The notes under the pieces are model-generated. The model was not told the origin of the DNA and did not search any database. It saw only the letters and a program-made list of their open reading frames with translations. DNA of 64,000 bases from Longimicrobiales bacterium (GTDB lineage: Bacteria; Gemmatimonadota; Gemmatimonadetes; Longimicrobiales; Gaopeijiaceae), in the NCBI GenBank assembly GCA_965221265.1, contig OZ244873.1:74013-138012 (forward strand), in the 5' to 3' direction. A program made the position numbers and the translations under genes. This document shows, in pieces, positions 61,705-64,000 of this stretch. Numbering within the stretch: position 1 is the first letter of the stretch; every line of letters starts with the position of its first letter.

Positions 61705-62862
61705 TCAGACCACCTTCACGGGGTGCGGAAGCGCGAGGTTGAGCAGGTAGCCCTTCTGGTTCCAAGTGTTCGCCAAGGGCTGGGTGTTGCCCGCGGAGTC
61801 GGTGGCGCGGGTGCGCAGCGTGCGGGTGCCCGGCGTCGCCCGCCACTCGAACTCGAAACGCGTCCAGGCGTGGCGCAGGCGCGGTCCGACCAGGCGCGCG
61901 CGGGCCCAGTTGGCCCCGTCGTCCGCGCTCCACTCCACCGACTCGACGGGACCGTGCCCGGAGTGGGCGAACCCGCGCATCAGGTTGGGCCCCGCCCGCA
62001 CCGTGGCCGGCCAGGGGAGGGACAGCGCGCTCTTCACCGGGAGCGCCGTCACGGGAGCGCCCTCGGCGGGCGCGTACCGTTCGGCCGGCCAGTCCGGGCC
62101 GACCAGGACGTACGAGCTGGTGTTGGCGCGCACCCAGATCGGCTCGGTGGACACTTGGATCTCCCCCACCCACTTGATGCTGTTGCTGCCCGCCCAGCCC
62201 GGCACCACGCCGCGCACCGGGAAGCCGTGGTCGGGGGGCAGCGGCGCGCCGTTCATGGTCAGGGCGAGCAGGGTGTCCGGGTCCATGGCCTTGTCCAGCG
62301 GCATGGGCCGGCTGAAGCCTCCGTCGTCGAGACCCACGAGGTTCACCGCCACCGCGTCCGGCCGCGGTCCGGCCGCCGCGAGCACGGCGGCCAGGGACGG
62401 TCCCGACCACTCCGCGCATCCCACCGCGCCCGTGCCCCACTGCGTGCCCTCGGCCGCCCGCCCCGTCACCCGCGCGAAGAAGCCGCGCCAGTTGCCGGCG
62501 CACTCCAGGTACGCGATCACCGACTGGTTCGGCAGGGCGCGCAGCTCGTCGAGCCCGAGTTCGACGCTCCGCTCCACGCCGTCGCCGGTGACCCGCAGGC
62601 GGTAGTCCGCCGCCGCGATGCGCGGGGTCGGGGCGTGGTTGCGCACGAAGAACAGGTCGTTGGGGGTGATGAGGCCGTCCAGCAGCTCGAGCCGGCTCTC
62701 CAGGTTGGTGGCGTGGCGGATGAAGGGACCCGGGTCCTTGACCCACGCGGTTTCGGGTCCGGAATCCATCGCGTCGGCTCCGGAGCGGCAGCCGGGCAGA
62801 AGGGCCGATGCCCCGCCCGCGGCCAGCACCCCCGCGAACCGGCGGCGTGAGAGCGGGCTCAC
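61705..62862 (-). CDS. sulfite oxidase-family molybdopterin oxidoreductase (SorA/YedY-like), Tat-secreted
   Basis: Tat signal SRRRFAGVLAAGG. Moco-binding Cys region YLECAGNWRG. Dimerisation domain. Confidence 0.9.
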   Translation of the reverse strand: MSPLSRRRFAGVLAAGGASALLPGCRSGADAMDSGPETAWVKDPGPFIRHATNLESRLELLDGLITPNDLFFVRNHAPTPRIAAADYRLRVTGDGVERSVELGLDELRALPNQSVIAYLECAGNWRGFFARVTGRAAEGTQWGTGAVGCAEWSGPSLAAVLAAAGPRPDAVAVNLVGLDDGGFSRPMPLDKAMDPDTLLALTMNGAPLPPDHGFPVRGVVPGWAGSNSIKWVGEIQVSTEPIWVRANTSSYVLVGPDWPAERYAPAEGAPVTALPVKSALSLPWPATVRAGPNLMRGFAHSGHGPVESVEWSADDGANWARARLVGPRLRHAWTRFEFEWRATPGTRTLRTRATDSAGNTQPLANTWNQKGYLLNLALPHPVKVV

Positions 62863-63317
62863 GAGAGCACCTCGATGTCAAGTTCGGTGGAGAACTCGAC
62901 GCACCCCGCCAAGGTGCGGTAAACCGGGCAGAACGGATGATGGATCTCGTGCGCCCGCCGCGCCCGCTCCTCCCCGCCGGCCTCCATGCGCAGCGTGTAG
63001 CGCACATGAATCGTGCGGATCACGAGCACGCCGTCGTCCTTGTCGATGCCTCCCTCGACCTCGGCCGTCAAACGGTCCTGTCCCGCCGGTATCCCGCGCG
63101 CCTCCAGCGCGCCGCCAAGGGTTCCCGCGAGTCAGCCGCCCGCCGCCGCCACGATGTAGTCGAGGGTGGTGGCCACCGGGGTCTCGGGCTCGACCCCGTA
63201 GTGCTTGGCGATGCCGCCGTGCACCCCGAAGAGAACGGGGTCGGGCGTGACCGGCAGATGGGCGTGGCGCAGGGGTCCCGCCTTGCGCTCGATGCGAACC
63301 CTGGAGGTGTGGACCAT
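62859..63317 (-). CDS. OsmC/Ohr-family peroxiredoxin-like protein interrupted by an in-frame TGA at the conserved peroxidatic Cys position (candidate selenoprotein, or pseudogene)
   Basis: ATG 63317 with a GGAAGGAGA RBS. ...TLDYIVAAAGG-TGA(63131..63129)-LAGTLGGAL... aligns with the OsmC PEELIGAAHAAC-FSMAL motif. The second conserved Cys motif HPFCPVYRTL is intact downstream. A GC hairpin GGCGCGCuggagGCGCGCG starts ~20 nt after the TGA. Confidence 0.5.
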
Positions 63318-63464
63318 GGTGCGTCTCCTTCCCGTGGCGGCGGCATGGGCGCCACCCGGAGGTGGTGGCGGCAACGTTGGGGGCGGGACCACGAGCCGGG
63401 CCTCCCCGCCCCTCTCGGCCCATGGACACCCCCCGGCATTCGAGGGGCGCGGCATCCGCGCGGG

Positions 63465-63505
63465 GCCGCTCTCGGTGCTCGGGCGGACTCATCCGCGGAC
63501 TCCCG
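63465..63505 (-). repeat. REP-like repeat, partial inverse copy
   Basis: gccgctctcggtgctcgggcggactcatccgcggac. Confidence 0.6.
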
Positions 63506-63595
63506 CCCGACGGGGCCGAAGCTAACCCATTCGGCGGATCGCGGGAAAGCCGGGCGCCACCCCGCGGGCGAGGTGGCTCGCGCGCCCGGTCGGAA

Positions 63596-63650
63596 GCGCC
63601 TTGCCAGCCCGGCGCCTCGCCGTTCCCGGTCTTCGGCGGATTCATCCACG
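63596..63650 (-). repeat. REP-like repeat, partial inverse copy (other half)
   Basis: gcgccttgccagcccggcgcctcgccgttcccggtcttcggcggattcatccacgaac. Confidence 0.5.
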
Positions 63651-63746
63651 AACTCCTCGAACCCCACCGCCCCGGACTTTCTGTTCTCCCCCGCGGTTCC
63701 CATTATGCCCGACGCGCGCATTCCCTCACGTCAGCGGAGCGAACCA

Positions 63747-64000
63747 TGGTCCAGAACCCCGTCCACGCCCCGGTGGAGTCCTCCGAATTCGACGAGCTCG
63801 AGCTTCCGGACCGCTCGGCGCGCGGGCTGCTCCGGCACTTCGGGCCGGGGATCATCCTCATGATGACCGGGATCGGCACCAGCCACCTGGTTACGGCGCC
63901 CACGGCGGGGGGTCGGTTCGCCTACGCGCTGCTGTGGTGCCTCCCGGTGGCGTACATCTTCAAGTACTATGGCTTCGAGATGGCCTTCCGCTTCACCAAC
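63747..64000 (+). CDS. Nramp-like divalent metal transporter, N-terminal part (3' end outside window)
   Basis: GPGIILMMTGIGTSHL...GGRFAYALLWCLPVAYIFKYYGFEMAFRFT resembles the Nramp/MntH N-terminus, though the DPGN motif is replaced. Confidence 0.5.

Overview
This is a 64-kb window of a very GC-rich (~70%) bacterial chromosome. The gene content (several TonB-dependent receptor/S9 peptidase/BlaI-BlaR1/NHL-lipoprotein genes) is consistent with a Gemmatimonadota-like organism, but that is inference only. The high GC means every strand carries long stop-free spurious ORFs; coding calls below rest on recognisable protein motifs, frame and gene context.

Most of the window is ordinary housekeeping or accessory metabolism:
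- an ABC exporter-like operon (DUF3299-like protein, ATPase, FtsX-type permease with a His/Asp-rich loop)
- thrB-thrC, ilvE, and a SAM-I riboswitch upstream of a MetX-like/cystathionine-gamma-synthase fusion
- SDR, cupin, DedA, flotillin/NfeD, two S9 peptidases, MscS, enoyl-CoA hydratase, ADP-forming acyl-CoA synthetase, a TonB-dependent receptor
- two paralogous giant secreted HExxH proteases with Ig-like arrays
- a sulfite-oxidase / cytochrome c / OsmC redox operon
- BlaI/BlaR1 and a PIN/AbrB toxin-antitoxin pair

The most interesting observations:
1. A ~4.4-kb low-GC island (22.1-26.5 kb) carries an OLD/AAA15-family ABC-type ATPase with a C-terminal TOPRIM/DxD-like domain. It lies divergent from a 579-aa uncharacterised protein with a C-terminal RNKVAAH (Rx5H, HEPN-like) motif, with a decayed IS3 transposase between them. 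This is a candidate, apparently uncharacterised, anti-phage defence module.
2. An OsmC/Ohr-family gene has an in-frame TGA exactly at the conserved peroxidatic Cys codon and a GC hairpin downstream. It is either a candidate selenoprotein or a pseudogene.
3. An intact IS256-family element with 8-bp target-site duplications (TSDs) sits 9 bp upstream of a low-GC NHL-like gene, inside an array of NHL-lipoprotein paralogs that show a gene-conversion identity gradient.
4. A REP/MITE-like intergenic repeat family (core GTCCGTGGATGAATCCGCCCGAGCACCGAGAGCGGCG) occurs at least 9 times in both orientations.
5. A 20-bp tandem repeat upstream of thrB creates a chain of ATGA-overlapping 7-aa mini-ORFs.

Several other tandem repeats and candidate operator dyads are listed in the findings.
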